The notes beneath the pieces were generated by a model. It saw only the letters and a program-made list of their open reading frames with translations, made no database searches and was not told the origin of the DNA. A stretch of 64,000 bases of DNA from positions 8,308,001 to 8,372,000 of the forward strand of contig OZ024752.1 of assembly GCA_964016885.1 (NCBI GenBank), given 5' to 3'. A program made the position numbers and the translations under genes. How positions within the stretch are numbered: position 1 is the stretch's first letter; every line of letters starts with the position of its first letter. Below are positions 24,590 to 36,059 of the stretch, in pieces. This DNA is from Eledone cirrhosa. Its lineage: Eukaryota.

Positions 24590-25471
24590 GTAAGTTGAGC
24601 TGATTATTTCATACCGAGTAGTTTCGATAAAACTACCATTTCCTACCGTGTGTGTGTGTGTGTTTTTTTTTCTTTTTAAAACACCTAACTGAAATTACCT
24701 ATTATATAAGAACAACGAAAGTAATTTACCACAAGGTTGTTGCTGTTTACTAACTGAAATTACGTTTATTAATTTGTTTACAAAACAACAAATTCGTTCG
24801 ATCACACATGTTAATACAGCTTCATGTTCATGTATAAATAGCTGATATTTCTTAATTGCTCAAACAAAAGCAGAAAAGAGTGTTTTTGTAGATTTTACTT
24901 ACGGCTCTGTCCCTCCGAGGTCAACTTAGTCTTTCATCTGAAGTCAATAAAATAAAATACCAGTCATGCACTGGAGTAAGCTGATCGATTTGTATCCCTA
25001 TAATGCATCATAAGAAATATTAAACTGATATATACGCTCAGGTCTCGAACAATCTCAGCCCCCCCTTATTAAATTTTGTTAATCTATCTCCGGCGAAATT
25101 TTATTTTAAGTTGTAGCATTTCTGCTATAATTTTCTTTATACATTAAAAAAACCCCATTATACATGACAAAAAAGTACATTACTAGTAAACCCATGCGTT
25201 ATAAAATGAATAGGATGGATTGGCAGTCTCAATATGTAAACTAAACGACTAATTCTGGTTTAAAAAAAATCAACGGAGACAACCTAGAAAAATTACCCCC
25301 CCCCCCCACTTATCCTGAACTCCTTAACCACACAGCCATGCCAGTACTTACATAAGTGTTAATAATCATAGACGTTAAACGATGATGTTGATGATGATGA
25401 TGATGATTAGTATACTTATCTTTGCTAGTTTATCTCGTCCTTAACATTTTTCCTTATTTCAAACTTTGCAG

Positions 25472-25647
25472 TGTCAAGTTCCGATTCTATCGAAATGTTT
25501 GGGAACTTCAACAGATGGAAGTGATTTGATGAGCCCACCTCTACCTCAGATGAAAGCATACAAGAATGAAACTCCAGAACTGACGCGAGCTCGGTTGTTA
25601 TACCAAAGCAGAAAGCGGGGGATGTTGGAAAATGGACTTATTTTAAG
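25472..25647 (+). CDS. SDHAF2: SDHAF2 exon 2 (succinate dehydrogenase assembly factor 2)
   Basis: TTTGCAG acceptor; encodes [20 protein letters not shown], the SDH5/SdhE RGxxE signature; AG|GTATAG donor, phase 2. Confidence 0.95.
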
Positions 25648-26120
25648 GTATAGGTGACAAAACCAGAATATATTTCTATGGAATACTTTTTCTTCAGCTT
25701 TTAATTGTGAATCTGACCAAATCTGATGTTCTTCTGATGAAGTGTCATATCACATCCACACTACACTCTATTCCTGACAAAAAACACACCATTTTTTTTT
25801 CAGAATATAAGATGTGTGGAGTTAACTCTTCCAACACGTCTCCCTCACCCTCGCCCTCCTCCAGGGAAACACCTTCTCTATTCTGTCTGCCATGGGACAG
25901 CCAGCATGTGGGCCCCCATTTGCTTATAATGGGGAGAGTGAGAGAGGCAGTGACTATACCAGCATTGCTGAAGTATTTTGTAGAGTTAAAAATTATGCTT
26001 TAAGTCTAAGAATGAGTCTAAAGAGAATTTCTTACCCAATTAACCATGCCCACCCCTGTCTCCAGTCTGAGCTGAGATTTCTCCCTTCCTCCTCTCAATA
26101 AGCCATAAAAACAAAACTAA

Positions 26121-26297
26121 TCTTAGCCCTTTAGCATTTGAACCAGCCAGAACTTCCTGTTCAAATTGACTGCTCATACCTACATTAAGGTATAGTTCTC
26201 AAAATAAATAGCATCAAAATCTCGTAGATTTGATATTATCTGAGGTAAAGCCTTTACTGTCAAAATACATAGAATAATGCAAATGCTAAAGGGTTAA
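26121..26297. mobile_element. piggyBac-type MITE
   Basis: CCCTTTAGCATTT...AAATGCTAAAGGG-TTAA. Confidence 0.75.
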
Positions 26298-26811
26298 CCC
26301 TTTTTATACCAAACTACCTGAAACCTTTCCTGGTTTTATGACAAAACTGTTTGTTTTAAAGTGTTTATATTTATCTAAAAGCCTTCCACCATAATTTTAT
26401 GTACGTCATTGTTTAAATAATGAGAAAGTTAGTTATATTACCAATCTCCTCTAAATTCTTGATTATTTGTAAGTCATAGGCAGTGTCTTTCTTTAGAAAT
26501 ATATTCAGTGGGATTCCACACAATTTTCCCCCCAAAGGTTAACCCTTGGCTATATCAGAAGACACTTGCCCATGCTGTCATGCAACATATGGTCACAAAA
26601 TGAACTTCTTTAAATTTCACTCAATAAAGTGTCTGAGGTATTTATATAAAGAATGATATTGGGTGTTAGGAAGGGCATCCAGCCGTAGAAAACCTGCCAG
26701 ATAGTCCTATACGAGTGAGACACGGTCACCTGACCAATCTTGCCTCATGTGGGACAATTCCCGTTTAATCCATGCTAGCGTGGAAGATGGACGTTAAACG
26801 ATGATAAACAG

Positions 26812-26950
26812 AGTGATGACACTTAATGATGGAAAAAAAGAAGTTGCCATTAGCTGCTACAAGGAATCTAACCAGTATCTGGGAGATGTGGTGTTTGTTT
26901 ACTCATAGTGGCCAATGGTAACTTCTTTTTCCGTCATTAAGCGTCTTCAC
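26812..26950. repeat. ~140-bp hairpin (inverted repeat), flanked by oppositely oriented RTE/SINE 3' tails
   Basis: GTGATGACACTTAATGATGGAAAAAAAGAAGTTGCCATT pairs with AATGGTAACTTCTTTTTCCGTCATTAAGCGTCTTCAC. Confidence 0.8.
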
Positions 26951-26965
26951 CCTATTCTAGAGCAT

Positions 26966-29900
26966 ATCATCATCATCATCATCATCGTTTAACGTCCATG
27001 TTCCACGCTTGCATGGGTTTGGACGGGAGTTTTCCCACTTGAGGCAAGAGTGGTTGTTTTGCTCGCATAGGACTGTCTGGCGGGTTTTCTACAGTTGGAT
27101 GCCCTTCCTAACACCAACGACATTTACAGTGTGGTGCTGGGAGGGTTTTACCGTGTTGCCTACACGGCCACATTACAGCGTGGACTGTCTGGCGTGTTTT
27201 CTACAGCTGGATGCCCTTCCTAACACCAACCACATTTACAGTGTGGGGCTGGGAGGTTTTTACCGTGTTGCCTACACGGCCACATTACAGCGTGGACTGT
27301 GTGTTTTTTTGTCGTGACTCCTACACGATCTCATTTGTTTCGGCCTGGATGTTGTGGCACCAACATAACTTTACATTGAAAGGGGTGGTGTGGTGTGGAG
27401 GGGGGCGGGGGGGTATTTTGTTAGAGATGCCTACTGACTGTAGTAGGTTTTACTTTGTATTTAGGTAAGGCGGGTCTTCTCTATTACTGAGTACCGCCAA
27501 AGGTCTCGGTCCAGTGACATTGTCTTGGAGAGGTGTAAGTGTGTGAGGTCGGAATTTATCAGCTCGTCCCAGGTTTTTCTGGGTCTGCCTACTCCGTGGC
27601 TACCGTCTATCTTTATTGCCCTGCACTTTGCTATAGAGCTGTCGTCTTTCATGCGCATCACGTGACCATACCAACGTAGCCTTCTCTCGAGTAAACAACA
27701 TCTGATCCCTCTTATTTCTAATTTTTTCCTTAGTTCGTTTATGCTTTGCCGTTCCTCTCTAGTCTGCGTATATCCTCTGCACACAATGCCCAGGTCTCAC
27801 TGCCATGCAACATTGCTGTTCGTATGCAGGCATCATACAACCTGCCTTTCATTTTTAGGGAGAACCCTTTAGCGGCTAATAGTGGTATAAGCTCTCTGAA
27901 CTTTTTCCATCCAGTTCTGACTCTAGCTACTGTACTTTCAGAGCACCCTCCCCCACTGCTGATTTTGTCACCCAGGTAACGGAAGCTGTCCACTATTTCT
28001 ATAGAACCCTCTGCGCAATTGAAAGAGCTAGTATTTTGTGGGCACTTGCTGCTACTTATTGCACCAGAGCACCGGCCACATGTAAAATCTGTGTTCTTAG
28101 TTAGCTTACCTGTGATCCCACTACATCTTTTATGCACCCATACTTTGCATTTGGGACATAAAATGGAGTTTCTACCTACGCCTTTCCTACACACTGAGCA
28201 TGGCCATTTCCCGGAAGGGACCGGCGCCTTATTTTCTTTCCTAAAAACTAGAACTTTAGTCTTAGCCAGGTTAATTTTAAGGCCTTTTGATTCTAGGCCG
28301 TGCTTCCATGTTTGGAATTTCTTCTCTAGCTCGGCCATTGATTCAGCTATGAGCGTTAGGTCATCTGCGTATAGGAGTTCCCATGGGCAGCCGGTCTTGA
28401 ACTCCTCTGTTATAGCCTGAAGGGCAATAATAAATAGTAGGGGGCTAAGAACAGAGCCCTGATGGACACCAACTTTTACGCTAAACTCTTCACTATATTC
28501 GTTGTTAATTCTAACCTTGCTCACTGTTTCTTTATACATGGCTTGTATAGCTCTCACAAGCCATTCGTCAACACCTAGTTTTCTAAGAGCCCACCAGATA
28601 ATGGAACGGGGTACTCTATCGAAGGCTTTCTCCAAGTCGACAAAGGCTAAGTATAGGGGTTTACTTTTAGCTAGGTACTTCTCCTGTAGTTGTCGTACAA
28701 TGAAAAGAGCGTCTGTGGTACTTTTGCCTGACACAAACCCGAACTGCATTTCATCTAGATCAATTCTCTCTCTGATTAGTTGCACTATTACTTTTTCCGT
28801 GACCTTCATGACCTGGTCGATTAATTTAATGCCTCTATAGTTACTCCTATCTAGGGCGTCTCCTTTACCCTTGTAACAGTTAATGATGATGCTGCTACGC
28901 CAGTCCTTCCGAACAACCCCATTCTGTATGACTTGGTTTACTATCCGGGTGACCATGGTGTGTCCCACCGTTCCAGAGGCCTTCAGCATCTCAGCAACTA
29001 TTTCCGAAGGCCCAGCCGCCTTACCCGTCTTCATATCTTTGATTGCCTTACTTATTATACTACCTTCAACTAACACTGCTGGTCCCTCTATTGGATCGAT
29101 CTGGGGAAGACTATCCTTCTCCCATTTATTCTCCTCACTTAGTAGCCTCTCGTAGTGACACTTCCAAGCGACCTTCTTATCAGCGTCAGTGATGGCGAGT
29201 ACGCCATCATCATTTAGTACACACTTCTCCCCAACAATATCACGGTTTTCCTTGACACATTGCCTAGCAATCCTGAACACCTCACATTTTTGGTCCTCGC
29301 GTTGTAGAACATGCTTGAACTTTCTTTCCTCTGCTTCCCTTCTTGCGAAGTACACTTGTCTCCTAGCCACTTGATAGTCTTCTCTACTTCCCCCATCCCG
29401 CCATACTTTCCAAGCCTGCTTTTTGGCCTTAATCGACTCCTCCACCACCATGTTACTCTCCTCCTGCCTATAGGCCTGCTCCGGCCACAGACTTCGTCTG
29501 CCGCCATCAGCAGGTTTGCTTTCAGGAATTCCCACTGTCCCTCTATATTGTCCGACTCTAAATGCTCTTCCTTACTGTCGAAAGCATCAAGTAATATGCT
29601 TTGAAATTTATTTCTGGCTGTGGGGTCCTTTAGCTTCCATATTTTCCTCCTGAGGATAGTCCTCTTCTGCTGTCGAGTACGTCTCGTCCTGACTATGAGG
29701 TCGCTAATTATCAGTCTATGTTGGGAGGTGCATTCTTCATGGGGGAGGGATTTAGTGTTTACAACAGTCACTCTGTCACGTCTTCTGGTAAGGATATAAT
29801 CTACCTGGCTGGTATGTTCCCCTGATCTGTAGGTGATCAAGTGATTGTCTCGTTTTTTGAAGTTAGTGTTACAGATTGTTAGGTTATTTGCGTCACAGAA

Positions 29901-30110
29901 TTCCAGGATTCTGGAGCCTTCCTCATTTCTAGTACCAAACCCATAGCCTCCATGGATTTCATCATAGTCGTCACAATGTTGTCCAACGTGACCATTTAGG
30001 TCGCCAGCAATAATTATATAGTCACTGTCGGTTATTTGGGAGGTAGTGAGCATCAGCGTCTCATAGAAAGTGTCTTTTATAGCGCCAGGCAGTCCGGATT
30101 GGGGCGCGTA
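26966..30110 (-). mobile_element. 5'-truncated RTE-clade LINE (APE endonuclease plus reverse transcriptase, two frameshifts) in SDHAF2 intron 2, antisense to the host gene
   Basis: APE motifs YAPQ, IIAGDLNGHVG, SQVDYIL and SQHRLI; RT motifs NYRGIKL, QFGF, DLEKAFD, GVHQGSVLSP and LLYADD; C-terminal RRLRWYGHVMR...GRPRKTW. A ~500-bp 3' UTR ends in a (GAT)n tail. Confidence 0.95.
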
Positions 30111-30199
30111 TAGTTTATATTAACTTTATCTTCTCAGCACTTTGTAGAAGTCCCAGAGATCATCTATGTATACATGTTGCAATGTTTGTATTTTACCAG

Positions 30200-30309
30200 T
30201 ATCTTTGCTTCCAAATACCTCAATGATTTGACAGAACACCAACTGATGCAGTACGATACTCTTATTAATGAACCAACTAATGACTGGGACATTTATTACT
30301 GGATAACAG
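30200..30309 (+). CDS. SDHAF2: SDHAF2 exon 3
   Basis: TTTTACCAG acceptor; (S)[36 protein letters not shown]; G|GTCAGT donor; 110 nt with consistent phases. Confidence 0.95.
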
Positions 30310-31280
30310 GTCAGTTCCTATAAATATTATTTCATGATTTGGTCTTTCTACCATATACATATGTAAATTTACAAAATTACATACAAATATATACATATGT
30401 ATATATATAATTTACAAAATGAAAGAAGAATGAGATCGTCATAACACTGACACGTGTTTCTGTGCATGTATTATATAATCAGTCTAGGATCGCTAACTTT
30501 GACTCTTTAAATTAAATTAAATCAATTATATATCTTCTGATGAAGGACTTATGCCCAAAATGTTAACAATCCTTTCCTATCATCACCGTTTTGCGTCCAT
30601 TCTTCCATGGGTTAGACGGGCAGTGTCCTGTCGGCTGACCTTGTGTTGCTCATACAGGAACTGATTCTGGCTTGACTTCTACAGCTGGATGCCGTTCCTA
30701 ACACCAACCTCATTTACAGTGAGTGCTGGTTGCTTTTTTTCCATGGCACCTACACGACCACTTTACAATGTGGACTGGGTGCTTTTTTTTTTTTTTTTTT
30801 TTTTTTCTGCCGTGGGAGCATATTGTCTATGTTTCAGCTTGTACCCGTGGGAAGTTGGGTCTTCTGTATTACTGCGTGACGCCAGAGATCGCAGTATCAG
30901 GCATTAAACTAATATGCATCATTGTATTGTTCTCGTGTTTTGTCCATCAAGTGCGATTAAAAGTTAGTCAACTGGTCTTCTAAAGGTCAAATTATATTTT
31001 GTACTTGTTAAAAGACACCACCTACTGAGGAGAATGTTGGTCTTTAAATTAACTAATTTTACCTTATTTTAACCATGGTCATTGGAGGAGTTTATCTCTG
31101 AAATTTGAAACAGTTGTATAGGTATAGTGTAGCTATAACAGGTAATATTTTTATATTCTGATTAATATTGTACAATGTCATAGGTACTACAATATATAAT
31201 TAATATTGTCTTCTGTAAAATTCTTGCATACTTGTGGTCTGGAATAGGTTTTTCTGCATCTTCCATTGAACTCTTTACAG

Positions 31281-31415
31281 CAGGTATGTCAAACATACGG
31301 CCCTTTACAAACAAGCATGTTTTTACAGCACAAGCAGGTTTTATCTTCGTAAAATTTGTAATGTGCGCAATTAGTTGTGCGTGGACCTCGAGGGACCCTC
31401 AGTTTGACATGTCTG
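31281..31415. mobile_element. hAT-type MITE with a perfect 8-bp target-site duplication
   Basis: TIRs CAGGTATGTCAAAC / GTTTGACATGTCTG; TSD CTTTACAG at 31273-31280 and 31416-31423. Confidence 0.85.
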
Positions 31416-31467
31416 CTTTACAGAACAATTAAATTGAGATGATTTTATTGCAATTTATATATATATA

Positions 31468-31784
31468 TCATCATTTCATTTAACGTCCGCTTTTCCCTGG
31501 GACGGGAACTGATTCTGGCATGATTTCTACAGCTGGATGCCCTTCCTCACACCCTCATTTACAGTGAGTGCTGGGTGCTTTTTTGCCATGGCACCTCCAC
31601 GACCACTTTGCAGTGGAATGATAGGGACCCCGGTCCCTATCATCTCATTTCTACAGCTGAGTAAACTGGAGCAATGTGAAATAAAGTCTCTTGCTCAAGG
31701 AAACAACACATCACCCGGTCTGAGAATTGAACTCACAACCTTTCGATTGCAAGGCCAATGCTCTAACCACTAAGCCATGTGCCT

Positions 31785-31787
<3 letters not shown>
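31468..31787 (-). mobile_element. tRNA-derived SINE, family A (tRNA head, CORE-like centre, RTE-derived tail)
   Basis: Reverse complement of the full-length copy at 37378-37714. Confidence 0.85.
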
Positions 31788-31839
<52 letters not shown>

Positions 31840-32014
31840 GATACTTTGGGAGGGTCAAGCTGCCAATAAAAATACACGTACCCGTTGGTTGGTTAACCGG
31901 ACGGTTGTTTGTCAAAGCTCTTTTGTCACATTCTGTGACCTCCTCAGTGACTGGGTTTTTATTTTGTCTCTTTGTTCTGTTCTACACTATGTTTGTACCG
32001 TTATTTATTTTCAG

Positions 32015-32121
32015 GAGCAAAGCCCACACCTGACCAGTTCAACAATGAAGTTATGGATATATTGAAAAACTTTGTCAAAAATGAGGATCGTTCCAGTCGC
32101 CTGAAACAGCCTGATCTATAG
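32015..32121 (+). CDS. SDHAF2: SDHAF2 exon 4 (terminal)
   Basis: TTTTCAG acceptor; (G)AKPTPDQFNNEVMDILKNFVKNEDRSSRLKQPDL*. Total CDS 453 nt = 150 aa. AATAAA at 32164 and 32405. Confidence 0.93.
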
Positions 32122-32344
32122 AAGTCCAAGACAATTGCTTTAGCCATTTTTCAATGAAAACGAAATAAAGTTTCAAGCAACCAATGCAAAAATGTTGAAA
32201 CCCCCTGACAAACCACCCATATTTAATAATTTTATTAAACAAAGTACTTGAAATTTTGAATTTAGCTTACCGACCCCTAGGTTGGAAACTGATGGAGTAG
32301 TTTCTTCTAGTAGTGTTTGTATGCTTTATAGTCCGTTTACAAAG

Positions 32345-32375
<31 letters not shown>

Positions 32376-33004
32376 CCTTTATTTAAATACCAAATCTGAT
32401 TTTGAATAAAATGTATTTTCAATGAAACTACATTTGTTATGTTAATTTATGTATTTCAGTCTGCCCCACTGCATGGTACCTTGGGCAAGTATTTCAGTCT
32501 ATAGCCTTCGGTCCACCAATATTTTGTAAGACCGAAGCCCATTTTAAAGTGTTCATATTTAAACCAAAAGTTCTTCGCCCACTTACTCCTGTGAGGGTGA
32601 GTCCTCAAACACTCCCTCCAGTGGGTCCTGTCAGAAGCAACTGTCTCCAACTGATCCGGCTAGATCCCCAGCCAAGCTCATGGATATTATTCAACCATCT
32701 TGCTCTGGGTCATAATTTTATGAAGAAATTTTTCTTAAGTGATGTTCCAACATAATTATGAAAAAGTTATTTCACTAAATACCTCTAAATTTATTATTTC
32801 AAACAAAGAAACATGTAACATAAAAAGTATCAAAGAAAAAAAAAACTTTTTTTTTAATGAAATAAAGACTTTTATTCTATCATTACAAAAATAAAAAAAA
32901 AAGAGGCACAAATAGCGGGAAGTGAAAATGCTTTCTTTTTTAGGGGACAGGAATTGCAGGGAATCCTGCTTTTGTATTTGTACATTGATATAAAATATTT
33001 TTAT

Positions 33005-33166
33005 TTATTTACTAACAGCAAAACCAACTTGATCAGATTTAGCATCGAATATTGTGTAATATTTTCCAAGAAAAACATCTCCCAATATCCACAGTGGTCC
33101 TGCTGGGGGAGGAATGTTAATTCCCATAAAGCCACTAATACACATGGTCTGTCCAGCTTGAGATAC
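33005..33166 (-). CDS. CTSD: Cathepsin D alternative terminal exon 9b (distal)
   Basis: TTATCTCGCAG acceptor, phase 0; [53 protein letters not shown]; intact 162-nt frame; minus-strand AATAAA at 32871-32876. Confidence 0.88.
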   Translation of the reverse strand, partial: VSQAGQTMCISGFMGINIPPPAGPLWILGDVFLGKYYTIFDAKSDQVGFAVSK

Positions 33167-33517
33167 CTGCGAGATAATGTCCAGTCATTATTATTTACTA
33201 ATATACATCTTATATATATATTACAGCATCCATAGAATAGATAACAACAGAAAATAGAAAACGAAAGGTATTTTTAAAAAGAGGAGACAATAAATTAAAC
33301 AATTAGTATATTAGTAGGGATAGAATGTGATTTTAAAAAGAAGGGAGAATACATTAATTATCAATAGTTCATTAATCAAAGATTGAATGTGTTATTGGAT
33401 ATTTGTATTTAAGAAATGATAACTTTCATAGACACCCAAAAGATGCATGCAGAAAGAAAACAAAACCAAAAGTAAAATTTCAAAGCAACAGAGGAGAAGA
33501 ACCGTATTTCCTGGTGT

Positions 33518-33838
33518 TTAAACCTTTAGCATTTAAATCAACTGTAACCGGTCACTCATACTGATGTTAAGGTATTGTTCTCAAAATAAATAATATCAAA
33601 ATCTCAGATTCAATATTATGCGAGATATGTGAGAGAAAACCTTTACCATGAAAATACAATAGTAAATATAGAGTAATGTAAATGCTATGTGAGATATTAT
33701 GTGAGGTAAAGCCTTTACCATGAAAATACAATAGTAAATATAGAGTAATGTAAATGCTAAAGGGTTGAGGTGTGAGGTAAAGCCTTTACTATGAAAATAC
33801 AATAGTAAATATAGAGTAATGTAAATGCTAACGGGTTG
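33518..33838. mobile_element. piggyBac-type MITE with an internally triplicated right-hand segment
   Basis: CCTTTAGCATTTAAA start; three tandem copies of CCTTTACCATGAAAATACAATAGTAAATATAGAGTAATGTAAATGCTA. Confidence 0.75.
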
Positions 33839-34093
33839 AGAAACTCTGCACCACTATTTCAGTTACTAAACTTTGAAAAAAAAAATAAAGCATATTTTAA
33901 AAAAATAAAAATATTAAACAAAAACCAACAACATTGACCAAGCTTAGAAATACGGTATTTAAATCCTTACTGCTATGTAAGTATTTGAATATTCCACAAA
34001 AGTCATCCAGATTTATTTCTGAAATGGCCTGAATAGATCTTTGGAAGATCCATTATATGAAGCAAGCTTGAGCTAGACATTAATAAAAAAACA

Positions 34094-34350
34094 TTGTATA
34101 TTCACAACAGGAGTTTAACTTTTTAATATGTGCTTTGATTAGGTCTTAAAATATACACAAAACTGAGGAGGAAATACTGAACTGAAATTAATACATCATC
34201 TACCATCACATTAAATGATGAAATGGGATGTATTAAATTAGTTTGAGCTCAGTATTTCCCTCAGTTTCATTGATATTTTAATACCTAATCAAAGTACATA
34301 TTAAATCAAATCTTATACCTGAAAGTTAAATTCCAGTTGCGTAAATACAA
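34094..34350. repeat. ~260-bp imperfect hairpin (foldback) between the two cathepsin D terminal exons
   Basis: Nested complementary arms: AATATGTGCTTTGATTAGGT / ACCTAATCAAAGTACATATT, AACTGAGGAGGAAATACTGA / TCAGTATTTCCCTCAGTT, TAATACATC / GATGTATTA. Confidence 0.85.
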
Positions 34351-34484
34351 AGTTAAACACAAATATATATATATATATATGACACGCACATATAACATGT
34401 CGGTGTCTGTATATAACACATTCCAGTGTGTGTGAATATACATAACGTGTGTGTGTGTGTGTGTATGTGTGTGTGTGAGTGTGT

Positions 34485-34515
<31 letters not shown>

Positions 34516-34736
34516 GATATCAAAGTTATGAATAAAAATATAGAGTTTGAAATATTTATGAAACTGAAGAAAGACTTAAAATAAAAGTATCATGCAGTAT
34601 TAAAATGAGAATAACTGGTCATGTAGCTACAAGAGAAACCACAGAACTGAGAAGCTTCAACAGAGGAACAAAAAGAGAAACTAAAAGATTATCCCACTTA
34701 GAGGTGCAGAAAATAATATTTAACAGATCTTTCCTT

Positions 34737-34901
34737 TCAGTTCTTTGTCTTTGCAAAGCCCACCCTGTTATTCTCGAAATCAAATTCAGTATAGTAGGGT
34801 CCTAGAAATACGTCCCCAAGAATCCAAAGAGGTCCAATAGGTGGTGGAATATCAATCCCCATAAAACCACTTAGACACATTGAATGTCCCATTGCTTTAA
34901 T
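34737..34901 (-). CDS. CTSD: Cathepsin D terminal exon 9a (proximal)
   Basis: ATATTTCAG acceptor, phase 0; [54 protein letters not shown]; minus-strand AATAAA at 34012-34017. Confidence 0.93.
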   Translation of the reverse strand: MKAMGHSMCLSGFMGIDIPPPIGPLWILGDVFLGPYYTEFDFENNRVGFAKTKN

Positions 34902-34986
34902 CTGAAATATTCATTGAAAAAATACATTCAAGAAAATTTTAAATAATTTGAAATGCATTAATACACACACATAATATATATATTAA

Positions 34987-35703
34987 GGATCAGATGTTGT
35001 TTACTCGAGAGAAGGCTACGTTGGTATGGTCACGTGATGCGCATGAAAGACGACAGCTGTATAACAAAGTGCAGGGCAATAAAGATAGATGGTAGCCACG
35101 GAGTAGGCAGACCCAGAAAAACCTGAGACGAGCTGATAAATTCCGACCTCTCCAAGACAATGTCACTGGACCGAGACCTTTGGCGGTACTCAGTAACAGA
35201 GAAGACCCGCCTTACCTAAATACAAAGTAAAACCTACTACAGTCAGTAGGCATCTCTAACAAAATACCCCCCCCCCCCCCACACACACACACCCCATCCA
35301 CACCTTTCAATGTAAAGTTATGTTGGTGCCACAACATCCAGGCCGAAACAAATGAGATCGTGTAGGTGTCACGACAAAAAACACAGTCCACGCTGTAATG
35401 TGGCCGTGTAGGCAACACAGTAAAAACCTCCCAGTCCCACACTGTAAATGTAGTTGGTGTTAGGAAGGGCATCCAGCTGTAGAAAACACGCCAGACAGTC
35501 CACGCTGTAATGTGGCCGTGTAGGCAACACGGTAAAAACCTCCCAGCCCCACACTGTAAATATGGTTGGTATTAGGAAGGGCATCCAGCTGTAGAAAACC
35601 CGCCAGACAGTCCTATGCGAGCAAGACAACCACTCTTGCCTCAAGTGGGAAAACCCCCGTCCAAACCCATGCAAGCGTGGAACATGGACGTTAAACGATG
35701 ATA
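34987..35703 (+). mobile_element. 5'-truncated (~720 bp) copy of the RTE LINE 3' end, in CTSD intron 8
   Basis: Near-identical reverse complement of 26980-27710; ends GGACGTTAAACGATGAT. Confidence 0.92.
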
Positions 35704-35901
35704 ATATATTACACACAAACATATACATGGTGTCTCAAAACTACATATTTAAACACTTATTAAAGATAAATATATATTTGACTTTCAAATACGTAAATGG
35801 TTTTGGGGCACCGCACGCGCACACGTGTGTGTGTGTGTGTGTGTGTGTGGATATATATATATATATATATATAATAAAGCTATTTTGTAATCTTTACTCA
35901 C

Positions 35902-36000
35902 CTTAAGTACATAATCTGTGGGAGAAAGTGGGAAACTCTTTCCACCTAATGTGAAAGTTACTGTTGGCATATTAGGAATACTTCCGCAATCAACTATATA
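35902..36000 (-). CDS. CTSD: Cathepsin D exon 8
   Basis: TTCCAG acceptor; YIVDCGSIPNMPTVTFTLGGKSFPLSPTDYVLK; AAG|GTGAGT donor; 99 nt, phase 0/0. Confidence 0.95.
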
Positions 36001-36059
36001 CTGGAAAATATAAAACAAATACAGTTATTGAAAATGTCTAACATAAAAATAAACTATAT

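Noticed and set aside
27746-29604. Plus-strand ORFs overlapping the LINE
   Set aside because: Antisense shadows of the RT coding sequence with no recognisable motifs.
26966-30110. RTE LINE as an active autonomous element or domesticated gene
   Set aside because: It is 5'-truncated within the endonuclease domain and has two frameshifting deletions (~29440 and ~27750). I could not identify a TSD.
32341-32373. Long A run as a retrocopy poly(A) tail
   Set aside because: The upstream gene has introns and no TSD is evident. It is a simple A tract in the 3' region and a possible internal-priming artefact source.
33005-33166. Exon 9b as part of a separate cathepsin D paralogue or a processed pseudogene
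   Set aside because: No other aspartic-protease exons lie between 33166 and 34737. Homology starts exactly at the exon 9 acceptor, and the frame is intact.
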